Part shown: piece by piece, positions 50,749-59,821 of the stretch | Layout: each line of letters opens with the position of its first letter | Numbering within the stretch: the stretch's first letter is position 1 | NCBI GenBank assembly: GCA_963843275.1 | Contig: CAWJJM010000003.1 | Location: 117,938-181,937, forward strand | Direction of reading: 5' to 3' | Origin: an uncultured Acidobacteriota bacterium | GTDB taxonomy: Bacteria > Acidobacteriota > Thermoanaerobaculia > Multivoradales > JBCCEF01 | DNA: 64,000 nt | Program-made: the position numbers and the translations under genes | The notes under the pieces: generated by a model | What the model was told of the DNA's origin: nothing | The model's input: the letters and a program-made list of their open reading frames with translations, nothing else | Database searches by the model: none

Positions 50749-50875
50749 CCCTCGCGGCGGATGCGGGGGCGTCTGCGGCGTCGCTGCTCGGTCGGCCTCC
50801 CTGCGGCGTACTGATGTACGCCTCGGTCGGCCTCGCTCGCGCTCCTTGCAGCCACCCCCGCCTCCACCGCGAGGG
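50749..50875. repeat. 127-bp palindromic element (MITE/REP-like)
   Basis: 21-bp terminal inverted repeats with 2 mismatches, central hairpin GGCGTAC-TGAT-GTACGCC, and internal direct repeat CTCGGTCGGCCTC x2. Confidence 0.65.
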
Positions 50876-50920
50876 TGCCTCCGGTCACCGGGCGGGGCGT
50901 CGCTGCGCTCGCCCGGGTGG

Positions 50921-51074
50921 CCTCGCGCGGGCTGCGCCCGCTCTCGGCCGGGGGGCGGCTCTCGCTACGCTCGCGCCGGACACCTCGCGCGGGCTGCGCC
51001 CGCTCTCGGCCGAGGGGCGGCTCTCGCTTCGCTCGCGCCTCTCGGGGCCTCGCGCGGGCGGCGCTCGCTCTCGG
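50921..51074. repeat. Tandem REP-like palindromic repeats (~62-65 bp period, ~2.5 copies)
   Basis: CCTCGCGCGGGCTGCGCCCGCTCTCGG at 50921 and 50983, degenerate at 51048, alternating with GGCTCTCGCT(A/T)CGCTCGCGCC. Confidence 0.75.
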
Positions 51075-51158
51075 AGGGGCGCTGCGGGGGGCGCGGTCGG
51101 GGTAGGATTCATGCGTCGTCTTCGATCCGCTGGGTCTGGATCTCCTAGGAGCGTCTCG

Positions 51159-52769
51159 ATGAGGTCATGCCGTCTGCCGTGCGCCGCCGCCCTGGTCGTG
51201 TGCTGTCTGCTGTCGCGGGGGGCGTCGGGGGAGGTTCCCGTCGCCGGGGAGGTGTTCGACGTCAGCGTCGACCCGGTGGCGGCGACGCCGGCGCCGCGGA
51301 TGGCGGCGGGGCCCGGGGGTGACAGCGTGGCGCTGTGGGTGGGCGACTGCGACGGCGGCGCGGGGCTGTGCGGCCGGACCTACGACGCGCTCGGTGAGCC
51401 GGTGGCGGGGCCGTTCCTGCTCCCCGTGCCGGTGGAGCTGGCGGTGGAGACGCCGCCCGCGGTCGGGGTCGCCGGCGGCGACTTCTTCGTCTTCTGGACC
51501 CGCGCCGGCCTCGGTTTCGCCCGGGAGATCGCCGGCCGCCGCTTCCATCCGGACGGCACGGCGGCGGGGCCGGAGCGCACCGTGGCCGCCGCCTCCGGGC
51601 AGGTCTTCGCGCGGCCCGATGCCGCCGCCGACGCTTCCGGCCGCCCGGTGGTGGTGTTCGAGCGCCAGCGCTACGAGGGCGTCGTCGGCGGCTCGCCGGC
51701 GTTCACCGGCGTCGAGATCCAGGCCCGCCGCCTCGACGGGGCGGGCGCCCCCCTGGGCCCGGCGGTCCTCGTCCATGCCGACTCGGGCGACCAGGTGGCG
51801 CAGCCGCGGGTCGGGGTCGGCCCGGCCGGCGGCTTCCTGGTGGCCTGGGAGAGCTTCGCGCTCGCCGACACGGTGCGGGTGCGGCGCTTCACGCCGGCGG
51901 CCGCCGGCGGGGCGACCGCGCTCGGCGGCGAGGCGGACGTCGACCCCGGCGCGGCGGGCAGCTCGGAGCCCGCGGTGGCGGCCAGCGACCAGGGGACCTT
52001 CCTGGTCGCCTGGGAGCGCGCCGGCGCCGGCGGCCCGACGGCCCCGCGCACGGCCCACGGCCAGGTGTTCGGGGCGGCGGGGCCGCTGTTCCCGGCGCCG
52101 TTCCGGCTCGGCAGCGGCGCCGCCAGCCAGGCCGCGCCGGCGGTGAGCGGAGGCGACGGCGCCTTCGTGGCGGTCTGGAAGGACGCGCGGGCGGATGGCT
52201 CGGTCTACGCCGACCGCTGGTCGGACGCCGGGGTCCCGCTCGGCGCGGAGCTGCGGGTCGACGAGTCGGCGGCCGGCGATCCGCTCCATCCCTCCGCGGC
52301 GGTCCTCGGCGGGGTGGGGGAGGGCCTCGGCTTCCTGGTCGGTTGGACCCGGCAAGCCGACGACTCGAGCCGGCGGGTGCTCGCCCGTCGCTTCGCGCCG
52401 GCCGAGGCGCCGCCGCAGCCCTGCGTCCCGTCCGCCACCGTGCTCTGCCTCGGCGCCGGCGACCGCTTCCGGGTCACCACGCAGTGGGCCGTCCCCGGGG
52501 GGGGTGCGGGGCAGGGGGTGGCGCGCGAGCTGACCGGCGACACCGGTTGGTTCTGGTTCTTCGACGAGCACAACGTCGAGGTGGTGGTCAAGGTGCTCGC
52601 CGCCTGCCCGGTGAACGGGCGCTTCTGGGTGTTCGCCGCGGGGCTGACCAACGTCTCGGTGCAGCTCGACGTGGAGGACACCGTGACGGGCGTGCACCAT
52701 CCCTACACCAACCCCCCGAACACGCCCTTCGAGCCCGTCCAGGACACCGCCGCCTTCCCCTGTCCCTGA
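51159..52769 (+). CDS. Secreted repeat (probable beta-propeller) protein with conserved C-terminal domain
   Basis: SD AGGAG and signal peptide; about 7 repeats of P.V....G.F.V.W; C-terminal domain matches that of 28254..30146. Confidence 0.75.
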   Translation: MRSCRLPCAAALVVCCLLSRGASGEVPVAGEVFDVSVDPVAATPAPRMAAGPGGDSVALWVGDCDGGAGLCGRTYDALGEPVAGPFLLPVPVELAVETPPAVGVAGGDFFVFWTRAGLGFAREIAGRRFHPDGTAAGPERTVAAASGQVFARPDAAADASGRPVVVFERQRYEGVVGGSPAFTGVEIQARRLDGAGAPLGPAVLVHADSGDQVAQPRVGVGPAGGFLVAWESFALADTVRVRRFTPAAAGGATALGGEADVDPGAAGSSEPAVAASDQGTFLVAWERAGAGGPTAPRTAHGQVFGAAGPLFPAPFRLGSGAASQAAPAVSGGDGAFVAVWKDARADGSVYADRWSDAGVPLGAELRVDESAAGDPLHPSAAVLGGVGEGLGFLVGWTRQADDSSRRVLARRFAPAEAPPQPCVPSATVLCLGAGDRFRVTTQWAVPGGGAGQGVARELTGDTGWFWFFDEHNVEVVVKVLAACPVNGRFWVFAAGLTNVSVQLDVEDTVTGVHHPYTNPPNTPFEPVQDTAAFPCP

Positions 52770-52822
52770 CGCGCGGCGGCGGATGCGGCAGGCCGATCGC
52801 CGGCACCGGGGCCCGCGGTCGG

Positions 52823-52852
52823 TTGACACGCCGCGGGGGCGGTCCTTACGAT
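52823..52852 (+). promoter_or_regulatory. Sigma70 promoter for fadJ
   Basis: TTGACA-N18-TACGAT, about 50 bp upstream of the AAGGAG SD and ATG. Confidence 0.6.
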
Positions 52853-52904
52853 GGTTCGAGGCCTGCCGCAGCGCGGCGGCCAGCGCCCCACCCGAAGGAG
52901 TTCC

Positions 52905-55091
52905 ATGACCGAGAGCCCCACCCCCGCGGCGGCGCCCGCGGCGGACGCGCCGCCGGGTCGGCTCGAGCTGCGCGACGGGATCGCCTGGTTGGTCCTCGAC
53001 GATCCGTCCAAGCGGGTCAACACCCTGTCGTCGCGCCTGTTCGGCTGGTTCTCCGAGCAGCTCGACCGCCTGGAGGCGGAGCCGCCTTCCGGCCTGGTGA
53101 TCGTCTCCGGCAAGCCGGACGGCTTCGTCGCCGGCGCCGACATCGAGGAGCTGCGGGGCCTGGCGACGCCGGAGCGGGTGCGCGCCCTGCTGGCCGGCGG
53201 CCACGCGCTCAGCCGTCGCCTGGAGGGGCTACCGTTTCCGAAGGTGGCGGCGATCCACGGTGCCGCGCTGGGCGGCGGGCTCGAGCTGGCCCTGTGCTGC
53301 GACTACCGGGTGGCGACCCGGTCGCGCCGCACCCGCCTCGGCCTGCCCGAGGTGCAGCTCGGCCTGATCCCGGGGATGGGCGGCACCCAGCGTCTGCCGC
53401 GGCGGATCGGCGTGCCGGCCGCGCTCGACCTGATCCTCACCGGCCGTCAGGTGGGGGCGGAACGGGCCCGGCGGCTCGGCCTGGTCGACGAGGTGTGCGA
53501 TCCGGCCGTGCTGGGCGACGCGGCGCGCCGCCTGCTCGCCGAGCACGCCGCCGGGCGCGGCAGCGCGATCGCCGCCCGGCGGGGTGCGGGGCGCCCCTTC
53601 GCGCAGCGCGCCGCGGAGCTGTTGACCCATGTCCCGGTGGCCGACCGGGTGGTCTACGACCGCGCCCGCGCCGGCGTGCTGGCGAAGACCGGCGGCCTCT
53701 ACCCGGCGCCCCTGGTGGCGGTCGACGTGGTGCACGAGGGCCTGCACCTGCCCCTCGAGCGCGGCCTCGCCCTCGAGGCCGAGGCCTTCGCCGAGCTGGT
53801 CGTCTCGCGCACCGCCCGCAACCTGATGGCGATCTTCTTCATGAAGACCGCCGTGGAGTCGCGCGCCACCGGCACGGCGCGCGGAGCCCGGGCCGTGCGC
53901 GGCCCGGTGGGGGTGGTGGGCGCGGGGTTCATGGGGGCGGGCATCGCCCAGCTGCTCGCCGCGCGGGGGCGCCGGGTGGTGATGAAGGACCGCGACCACG
54001 CGTCGCTGGGCCGGGGCCTCGCCGCCGCCGCCGGGCGCTTCGCCGACCTCGAGCGCCGCCACCGGCTCGGGGCGCCCGACGTGCCGGCGGCGATGGCGCG
54101 GATCGTGCCGACCCTCGACGACGCGGAGCTGGTGCGCAGCGACTTCGTGATCGAGGCCGTCTTCGAGGACCTCGAGACCAAGCGCCGGGTGCTCGCCGAG
54201 GTCGAGGCGGTGGCTCCGGACGATCTCGTCTTCGCCTCCAACACCTCCACGCTGCCGATCGCCGAGATCGCCGCCGGGAGCCGCGCCCCGGAGCGGGTGG
54301 TGGGGATGCACTTCTTCAGCCCGGTCCACAAGATGCCGCTGCTCGAGGTGATCCACCACCCGGGCAGCGCGCCGGAGGCGGTCGCCACCACGGTCGCGCT
54401 GGGCCGGGAGATGGGCAAGACCGTCCTCGTCGTCGCCGACGGCCCCGGGTTCTTCACCAGCCGCGTGCTCGGCCCGTTCCTCAACGAGGCCGCCTGGATG
54501 CTCGCCGAGGGGGCGCGGATCGAGGAGATCGACGGCGCGCTGGAGCGCTGGGGCTTCCCGGTGGGGCCGCTGCGCCTGCTCGACGAGGTGGGGCTCGACA
54601 TCGCGCACCACGCCGGCCGCGAGATGGTGGCGCGCCAGGGGGAGCGGCTGGCGCCGCCGCCGCTGTTCGAGCGCCTGCTCGCCGCCGGCCGCACCGGCCG
54701 CAAGGGCGGCAAGGGCTTCTACCGGTACGGCGGCGGCCGCGGCGCGGCGCGGCGGGTGGACGGCGGCGTCTACCCGCTGTTGGACTGGGAGCCGGCGCCG
54801 CTCTCGGAGGTGGAGATCGCCGAGCGCTGCTGGCTGCAGATGCTCAACGAGACCGCGCGCACGCTCGAGGACGGCATCCTCGCCGACCCCGACGACGTCG
54901 ACGTCGGGGTGATCTTCGGCTTCGGGTTCCCCCCCTTCCGCGGCGGCATCCTGCGCGAGGCGGACCACCAGGGGCTGGGCTACGTGGTGGAGCGGCTCGA
55001 CCGCTACGCCGACCGCCACGGCGAGCGGTTGCGCCCGGCGCAGCTGCTGCGCCACATGGCCGAGCGCGGCGAGCGCTTCCACCGGGGCTGA
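52905..55091 (+). CDS. fadJ: Fatty acid oxidation complex alpha subunit (enoyl-CoA hydratase / 3-hydroxyacyl-CoA dehydrogenase)
   Basis: [47 protein letters not shown] and [11 protein letters not shown] motifs. Confidence 0.88.
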   Translation: MTESPTPAAAPAADAPPGRLELRDGIAWLVLDDPSKRVNTLSSRLFGWFSEQLDRLEAEPPSGLVIVSGKPDGFVAGADIEELRGLATPERVRALLAGGHALSRRLEGLPFPKVAAIHGAALGGGLELALCCDYRVATRSRRTRLGLPEVQLGLIPGMGGTQRLPRRIGVPAALDLILTGRQVGAERARRLGLVDEVCDPAVLGDAARRLLAEHAAGRGSAIAARRGAGRPFAQRAAELLTHVPVADRVVYDRARAGVLAKTGGLYPAPLVAVDVVHEGLHLPLERGLALEAEAFAELVVSRTARNLMAIFFMKTAVESRATGTARGARAVRGPVGVVGAGFMGAGIAQLLAARGRRVVMKDRDHASLGRGLAAAAGRFADLERRHRLGAPDVPAAMARIVPTLDDAELVRSDFVIEAVFEDLETKRRVLAEVEAVAPDDLVFASNTSTLPIAEIAAGSRAPERVVGMHFFSPVHKMPLLEVIHHPGSAPEAVATTVALGREMGKTVLVVADGPGFFTSRVLGPFLNEAAWMLAEGARIEEIDGALERWGFPVGPLRLLDEVGLDIAHHAGREMVARQGERLAPPPLFERLLAAGRTGRKGGKGFYRYGGGRGAARRVDGGVYPLLDWEPAPLSEVEIAERCWLQMLNETARTLEDGILADPDDVDVGVIFGFGFPPFRGGILREADHQGLGYVVERLDRYADRHGERLRPAQLLRHMAERGERFHRG

Positions 55092-55106
55092 GGCGGGAGG
55101 CGGCGC

Positions 55107-55298
55107 GTGCTCGGCAACTGGCTGGTCCTGGTGGTGATCTTCGCCGTGCTGACGGCCGTCGGCGCCTACTGGGCGGCGGCGCAGCTCCACAGCCGCCGCC
55201 TGGCGGTGATCCTGGTCGTGGTGGTGCTGGTGTTCTTCGTCGGCCTCTACCTGGGCCTCGAGTGGCTGGTCGTCACCTACGGCCCCGCCGCCCCCTGA
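55107..55298 (+). CDS. Small two-TM membrane protein
   Basis: 63 aa, GGAGG SD upstream, two hydrophobic segments, GC3-rich codons. Confidence 0.6.
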   Translation: MLGNWLVLVVIFAVLTAVGAYWAAAQLHSRRLAVILVVVVLVFFVGLYLGLEWLVVTYGPAAP

Positions 55299-55321
55299 CC
55301 GCGCCGTCCGGCGCGGCGCGA

Positions 55322-57610
55322 TCAGTGCTGGAAGGCGTAGGAGAGCTTCACGAACACCTGGCGGGCGGCCGGCTCGAGCCGGTCGCCCTGCGGGTCGAGG
55401 ACCAGCGCCCGCTCGTCGCCGTAGCCCACGAACAGCACCGTCTGCCAGTTGAGCTTGTAGGCGAACAGCGCCGACCCCGCGAGGCCGGCGTCGCGCCGCG
55501 TCACCCGGGAGGTGTAGAGGGTCGGGTCGCGCTCGGTCTCCACCCACTGCCCGATCAGCCGCAGGTAGGAGCGCGCGGTGAAGGTGTACTGGCCGCGCAG
55601 CCGGGCGACGTCGGCGGTGAACAGCCGGCCGTGGGCGCCGGGTTCGTCGAGGTCGAGCCAGCGGCGCTCGGTGTGGGCGGAGAGCTGCAGGTGGTCGGTG
55701 GGCTGGACGGTGGCCTCGAAGGTGAGGCCGGCGCCGGAGCCGAGGCGGTCGTTGGCGTAGTCGACCTGGTCGCCGACCTGTCCCTCGAGCTCCAGGCGGG
55801 TGATCCTCCGGGTGGGGCTGGAGCGGAGATCGAAGATCAAGCGCCGGACGTCGAACACCCGGTCGACCGCCCGCAGCGTGTCGAAGCCCAGCTCGACGCT
55901 GGCGAAGGACGACCACAAGGCGTCGAGGCTGATGCCCGGCCGGATCAGGCGGCCGAGCAGCTCACCGTCCTGGGTCTCGGTGTAGTCGGACGACAGGTAG
56001 GGACGCCAGCGCCGGACCGGTCCGCCGTCGGGGTGGAAGGTGTAGCCCAGCTCGCCGTAGCCCTCGCGGTAGCCGACCTGCGGCACGTACCCGCTGTCGG
56101 CGCGGAAGCCGTCGGCGAAGTCCCAGTAGCCCGCGAACCAGTCGACGGTGTCGGTGCCGTGCGACCAGGACAGCCGGGCGCCGTGACCGGAGAGCCGCCG
56201 GCCGTCCCAGGTGGCCGCCAGGTCGGGCCGTTCGGGGGTGCGGCTCTCGCTCCACAGGAGCTGGCCGCTGACCCGGTCCGCCTGGCCCGGACGCCACTCG
56301 AAGTCCGGACCGAACACCCGGTTGTAGGCGCCGCCGTCGATCTCGCGGTCGGTGACCAGGAAGCTGGCGAACGACCGGCCCAGGTCGTGCCGCAGACGCC
56401 CCACCGTGACCGTCGAGGCGAAGTCCTGCCGGGCCAGGCCCGAGCTGTTGGGCCCGGGCAGGATGACGCTGCCACCGCCCCGGTCGTCCGCGACCAGCAG
56501 CGTGTAGCCGGTCGAGCCGACGCGGCCGGTGGCGCGCGCCCCCCAGGCGGGATCGGTCACGGTCCGGGTGTAGACGGCCTGGATCGGCGTCGCCAGCAGG
56601 TCGACGCCCTCGAGGAAGAACGGTCGCTTCTCCGGGAAGAAGAGGGCGAAGCGCTCGTTGGCGGCGATCTGCGCGACGTCCGACTCGATCTGCGAGAAGT
56701 CCGGGTTGACGGTGGCGTCGAGCGCCAGCCCCGGGTTCGGCAGCCACTTCAGGTCGACGCCCCCGTCGCCCTCGGCGGAGCCGGTCTCGAGCGGGCTCCC
56801 CGGCCCGTCGCGTGGCGTCGAGGCCTGGCTGGCGGTGGCGTAGGGCGCCACGGTGAGCGAGCCGCCCTCGGGCAGCCCCGCGAGCCCCTCGAGTGGCTGG
56901 ACGTGGCAGATGAAGCAGTTCTCGTCCCGCGGCAGCCTCTCGGCGAACATCTGGGTGCGGAACTCGCGCGGCATGTTGCGGTAGAGCAGGATCCCCCACT
57001 GCGGCGAGCTGCCCTCGTAGCGCAGCGACGAGAACGGCACCCGCATCTCGAGCACCCAGCCGTCCTCGGTGATCCGCGCGGCCGAGTCCCAGAAGAAGTC
57101 GGGGGAGGAGTCCTCGCCGGAGGCGTCGGCCGACACCGCGTCGTACTGCAGACCGCGCGGGTTGGCGAGCAGCAGGACCGCGGTCTTGCCGTCGTTGCGC
57201 GTGTCGAGGATCACCCCGCCGTAGTCGTCCGAGTTGCCGTTGATCGCGTCGTGGTCGCCGAGCGGCGCCCGGATCTGCTCGGGGTGCGGGTCGGAGAACT
57301 CGAAGGCCGCGTAGAAGAAGCGGTCGTCGTAGGTGAGCCAGGCGACGTTGCCGACCTTGGCCGGCACGTTGTCGGCGGGGTTGGTCTCGTACCAGGTGTC
57401 GATCCGGACGGCGCCCTGCCAGCCGGGGTCCTCCAGGCGCCCGTCGACCGTGATCTCTCCCGCCGCGCGGTGGACGACGATCGGTGCGCCGCGGGTCACC
57501 CCGTCGGCCGCCCGGGCGGGGAGGGTGGCGGTGACGCAGAGCGCCGTCGCCAGTGCGGCGAGGGAACCGGCGCGGCGGAGGGTGCGGGGCAGGGGGCCGA
57601 GGATCTGCAT
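55322..57610 (-). CDS. CBM9-like / DUF5916 outer-membrane protein
   Basis: Signal peptide, ITVDGRLED..W, EMRVPFSSLRY, TVNPDFSQIESD, FFPEKRPFFLEG, and C-terminal FVKLSYAF strand. Confidence 0.85.
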   Translation of the reverse strand: MQILGPLPRTLRRAGSLAALATALCVTATLPARAADGVTRGAPIVVHRAAGEITVDGRLEDPGWQGAVRIDTWYETNPADNVPAKVGNVAWLTYDDRFFYAAFEFSDPHPEQIRAPLGDHDAINGNSDDYGGVILDTRNDGKTAVLLLANPRGLQYDAVSADASGEDSSPDFFWDSAARITEDGWVLEMRVPFSSLRYEGSSPQWGILLYRNMPREFRTQMFAERLPRDENCFICHVQPLEGLAGLPEGGSLTVAPYATASQASTPRDGPGSPLETGSAEGDGGVDLKWLPNPGLALDATVNPDFSQIESDVAQIAANERFALFFPEKRPFFLEGVDLLATPIQAVYTRTVTDPAWGARATGRVGSTGYTLLVADDRGGGSVILPGPNSSGLARQDFASTVTVGRLRHDLGRSFASFLVTDREIDGGAYNRVFGPDFEWRPGQADRVSGQLLWSESRTPERPDLAATWDGRRLSGHGARLSWSHGTDTVDWFAGYWDFADGFRADSGYVPQVGYREGYGELGYTFHPDGGPVRRWRPYLSSDYTETQDGELLGRLIRPGISLDALWSSFASVELGFDTLRAVDRVFDVRRLIFDLRSSPTRRITRLELEGQVGDQVDYANDRLGSGAGLTFEATVQPTDHLQLSAHTERRWLDLDEPGAHGRLFTADVARLRGQYTFTARSYLRLIGQWVETERDPTLYTSRVTRRDAGLAGSALFAYKLNWQTVLFVGYGDERALVLDPQGDRLEPAARQVFVKLSYAFQH

Positions 57611-57694
57611 TCGGACCTTCCTACGTAGCCGGCCCGGCCCGGGTTTGGGCGCCGGCGGCCCCGACGGGCCGCCGGCCGGCAGCGACCGGGCGCG

Positions 57695-58348
57695 CTATCC
57701 GCCCGCCCCGCCTGCCGCGGCCGGGGCGGGGACCGGGACGATCGCGTAGGCGCCGGGGGCGCCGCCGCGGATGACGAAGAGGGGGTCGCCGGGGCCGCCG
57801 GAGCCGAGATCGTCGTCGGTCAGATACGGGACGTAGAACATGAGGTGGGGCGGGAAGGGGCGGACGGTCCCGGCCGCGTCGACCGGTACCCGGTTCTCGG
57901 TCGACAGCATGTAGTTGATCCCTGGGCGGCGCGGCGCCCGCAGGCGCCCCTCCGCCCAGGCGGTGGCGACCCGCGCCTCGATCTCGGCGCGGTCCGCGCC
58001 CGCCATGCGCAGCTCCGCGGTCATCAGGGTCTCGGCGAGGAGGGTGGCCGATCCCTCCGCGTCGAAGCACTGTGGCTCGAAGGCGCCCGGACGGTCGCGC
58101 TCCACCAGGCAGTGGAAGCCGTTGCGGCTCTCCCGCGCCAGCTCGTAGCCGTGCGCGGTGAGGACGTAGACCCCGGCACCCGCGGCGACCCGGGCCGGGC
58201 CGGCGGCCAGGGCGGCGGCGATCTCCCGGGCGCGCGGCAGGAGCTCCGGTCTCCAGGCGCCGCCGGGATCGTCGGTGGCGCGGGCGAGCGGAGCGGCGGC
58301 GAGGGGAAGGGCGAGCAGCGCGGGGACGACCAGGCGATGGAGCGTCAT
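57695..58348 (-). CDS. Secreted hypothetical protein
   Basis: GGAGGT SD and signal peptide; NGFHCLV...PQCFD...INYMLS...PPHLMFY segments; divergent from the ECF sigma gene. Confidence 0.7.
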   Translation of the reverse strand: MTLHRLVVPALLALPLAAAPLARATDDPGGAWRPELLPRAREIAAALAAGPARVAAGAGVYVLTAHGYELARESRNGFHCLVERDRPGAFEPQCFDAEGSATLLAETLMTAELRMAGADRAEIEARVATAWAEGRLRAPRRPGINYMLSTENRVPVDAAGTVRPFPPHLMFYVPYLTDDDLGSGGPGDPLFVIRGGAPGAYAIVPVPAPAAAGGAGG

Positions 58349-58397
58349 GACACCTCCAGGGGTCGCGGCCCGCGGCGGCGCGGGTCCGGCGTTCGAC

Positions 58398-58484
58398 CCT
58401 GGGTGATCCCGGGAGGGGGTAGGGTTCGCGGGCGGCGCGGCGGGAGCCCGGAGCGAACCCTCCGGGCCTCCCGTGCCACCCAGG
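58398..58484. promoter_or_regulatory. Two divergent ECF-type promoters GCGAACCCT-N15-CACCCAGG
   Basis: Identical bipartite motif on the minus strand (58429-58398) and plus strand (58453-58484), each upstream of a gene. Confidence 0.72.
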
Positions 58485-58496
58485 AGCGAGGAGATC

Positions 58497-59048
58497 GTGC
58501 CCGCCGACACCCCCGCCGCCCCCGACGACGAGCGGCTGGTCGAGCGCTTCCTGGCCCGCCGCGACGAGAGCGCCTTCCGGTCGCTCTACCGCGCCCACGG
58601 CCCCTACCTGTGGGGCCTGGCGCTGCGCCTGTCGGGCGGCGACGCGTCGGCCGCCGAGGAGCTGGTGCAGGAGACCTGGGCGCGCAGTCTCGTGCGGCTG
58701 GAGTCGTTCGGCGGCCGCTCCGCGCTGCGCACCTGGCTGGCCGGCATCCTGGTCAACTGCTGGCGCGAGTCGCGCCGCGCGCTACGCTGGACGGCGGCCG
58801 GGAGCGCCGACGCGGCGCCGTCCGCCGAGCGGTCCCTGCCGCCCGCCTCTGCGCTGGCGGTCGACGTCGAGAGGGCTCTCGCCGCGCTGCCCGACGGCCT
58901 GCGCGCCGTGCTCCTGCTGTTCGACCTCGAGGGCTACACCCATCCCGAGATCGGCGAGCGCCTCGGCATCCCGGTGGGGACCTCGAAGCGCCGTCTGTTC
59001 GATGCCCGGCGGCTGTTGCGCCGCCGCCTCGCCGGAGACACGCCATGA
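58497..59048 (+). CDS. ECF RNA polymerase sigma factor
   Basis: Region 2 (AEELVQETW...F.GRSALRTWL) and region 4 (LFDLEGYTHPEIGERLGIPVGTSKRRL); SD GAGGAG. Confidence 0.9.
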   Translation: MPADTPAAPDDERLVERFLARRDESAFRSLYRAHGPYLWGLALRLSGGDASAAEELVQETWARSLVRLESFGGRSALRTWLAGILVNCWRESRRALRWTAAGSADAAPSAERSLPPASALAVDVERALAALPDGLRAVLLLFDLEGYTHPEIGERLGIPVGTSKRRLFDARRLLRRRLAGDTP

Positions 59049-59605
59049 CCGGATCGACCCACCCCGACGACACCCCCTCCGCGGTCGCCTCGCTGCCCCG
59101 CGAGCCGGCCGCGCCCGCCGGGCTCGAGGAGCGGCTCGTCCGCCGGCTCGCCGCCCGCGGGCTGGTGCGCCGCCGGAGCACGGTCCGCTGGCTGCTGCCG
59201 CTGGCGGCCTCGCTGGCCGGGCTGGCCCTCGGCTGGTGGGGGCGTGCGGCGACCGCCGTCCCCACCCCCGCCGCCGCGGACCGCGGGTCGCTCTTCCTGC
59301 TCCTGCTCTCGAACGATCCCCCGGCGGGGCCGCCGGTCGCCGAGCGCGTGGAGCTCTACCGGGCCTGGGCCCGGCGGCTGGCGGCGGAGGGGCGGCTGGC
59401 GACAGCCGAGAAGCTCACCGACGCGCGCGTGGTGGTCGAAGGCGGCCGCGCCGAGGCGGCGCCGAGCGGCTCCGATCCGGCGGCGCCGACCGGCTTCTTC
59501 CTGGTGCGCGCCTCCGACCTCGCCGAGGCGGTCGCGCTCGCCCGCTCGTCGCCCCACGCCCGGCTCGGCGGCCGGGTCACCGTCCGCCCGGTCGATCCGG
59601 TGTGA
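59045..59605 (+). CDS. Putative anti-sigma factor: short N-terminus, TM helix, YCII-related domain
   Basis: ATGA overlap with the sigma gene; TM WLLPLAASLAGLALGWW; FLLLL...GFFLVRASDLAEAVALARSSP...VTVRPV YCII pattern. Confidence 0.72.
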   Translation: MTGSTHPDDTPSAVASLPREPAAPAGLEERLVRRLAARGLVRRRSTVRWLLPLAASLAGLALGWWGRAATAVPTPAAADRGSLFLLLLSNDPPAGPPVAERVELYRAWARRLAAEGRLATAEKLTDARVVVEGGRAEAAPSGSDPAAPTGFFLVRASDLAEAVALARSSPHARLGGRVTVRPVDPV

Positions 59606-59620
59606 TCGTTGATCCCCGCC

Positions 59621-59649
59621 TTGGCAACGGGGCCGGGATCGGGTAAGCT
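59621..59649 (+). promoter_or_regulatory. Sigma70 promoter of the rpsP operon
   Basis: TTGGCA-N17-TAAGCT about 170 bp upstream of rpsP. Confidence 0.55.
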
Positions 59650-59821
59650 GTTGAACTTCGTGCGGCCCGCGTGCCCTCGCCGGCTCACGATCGGGTCCGA
59701 GCCGCGGGGAGCGCTCGCCGGCGCCCGGCGCGGCCGCACCTCGCACCCCGTCGCGCGCCTCGGGCGCGCGCCCTGCGTACCGCAGCGTAGCGTCCGCAGA
59801 AGACGTCTGGAGGTTGATGAC

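Noticed and set aside
50921-51074. Possible CRISPR array
   Set aside because: Only ~2.5 units, the intervening sequences are nearly identical rather than unique spacers, and there are no cas genes.
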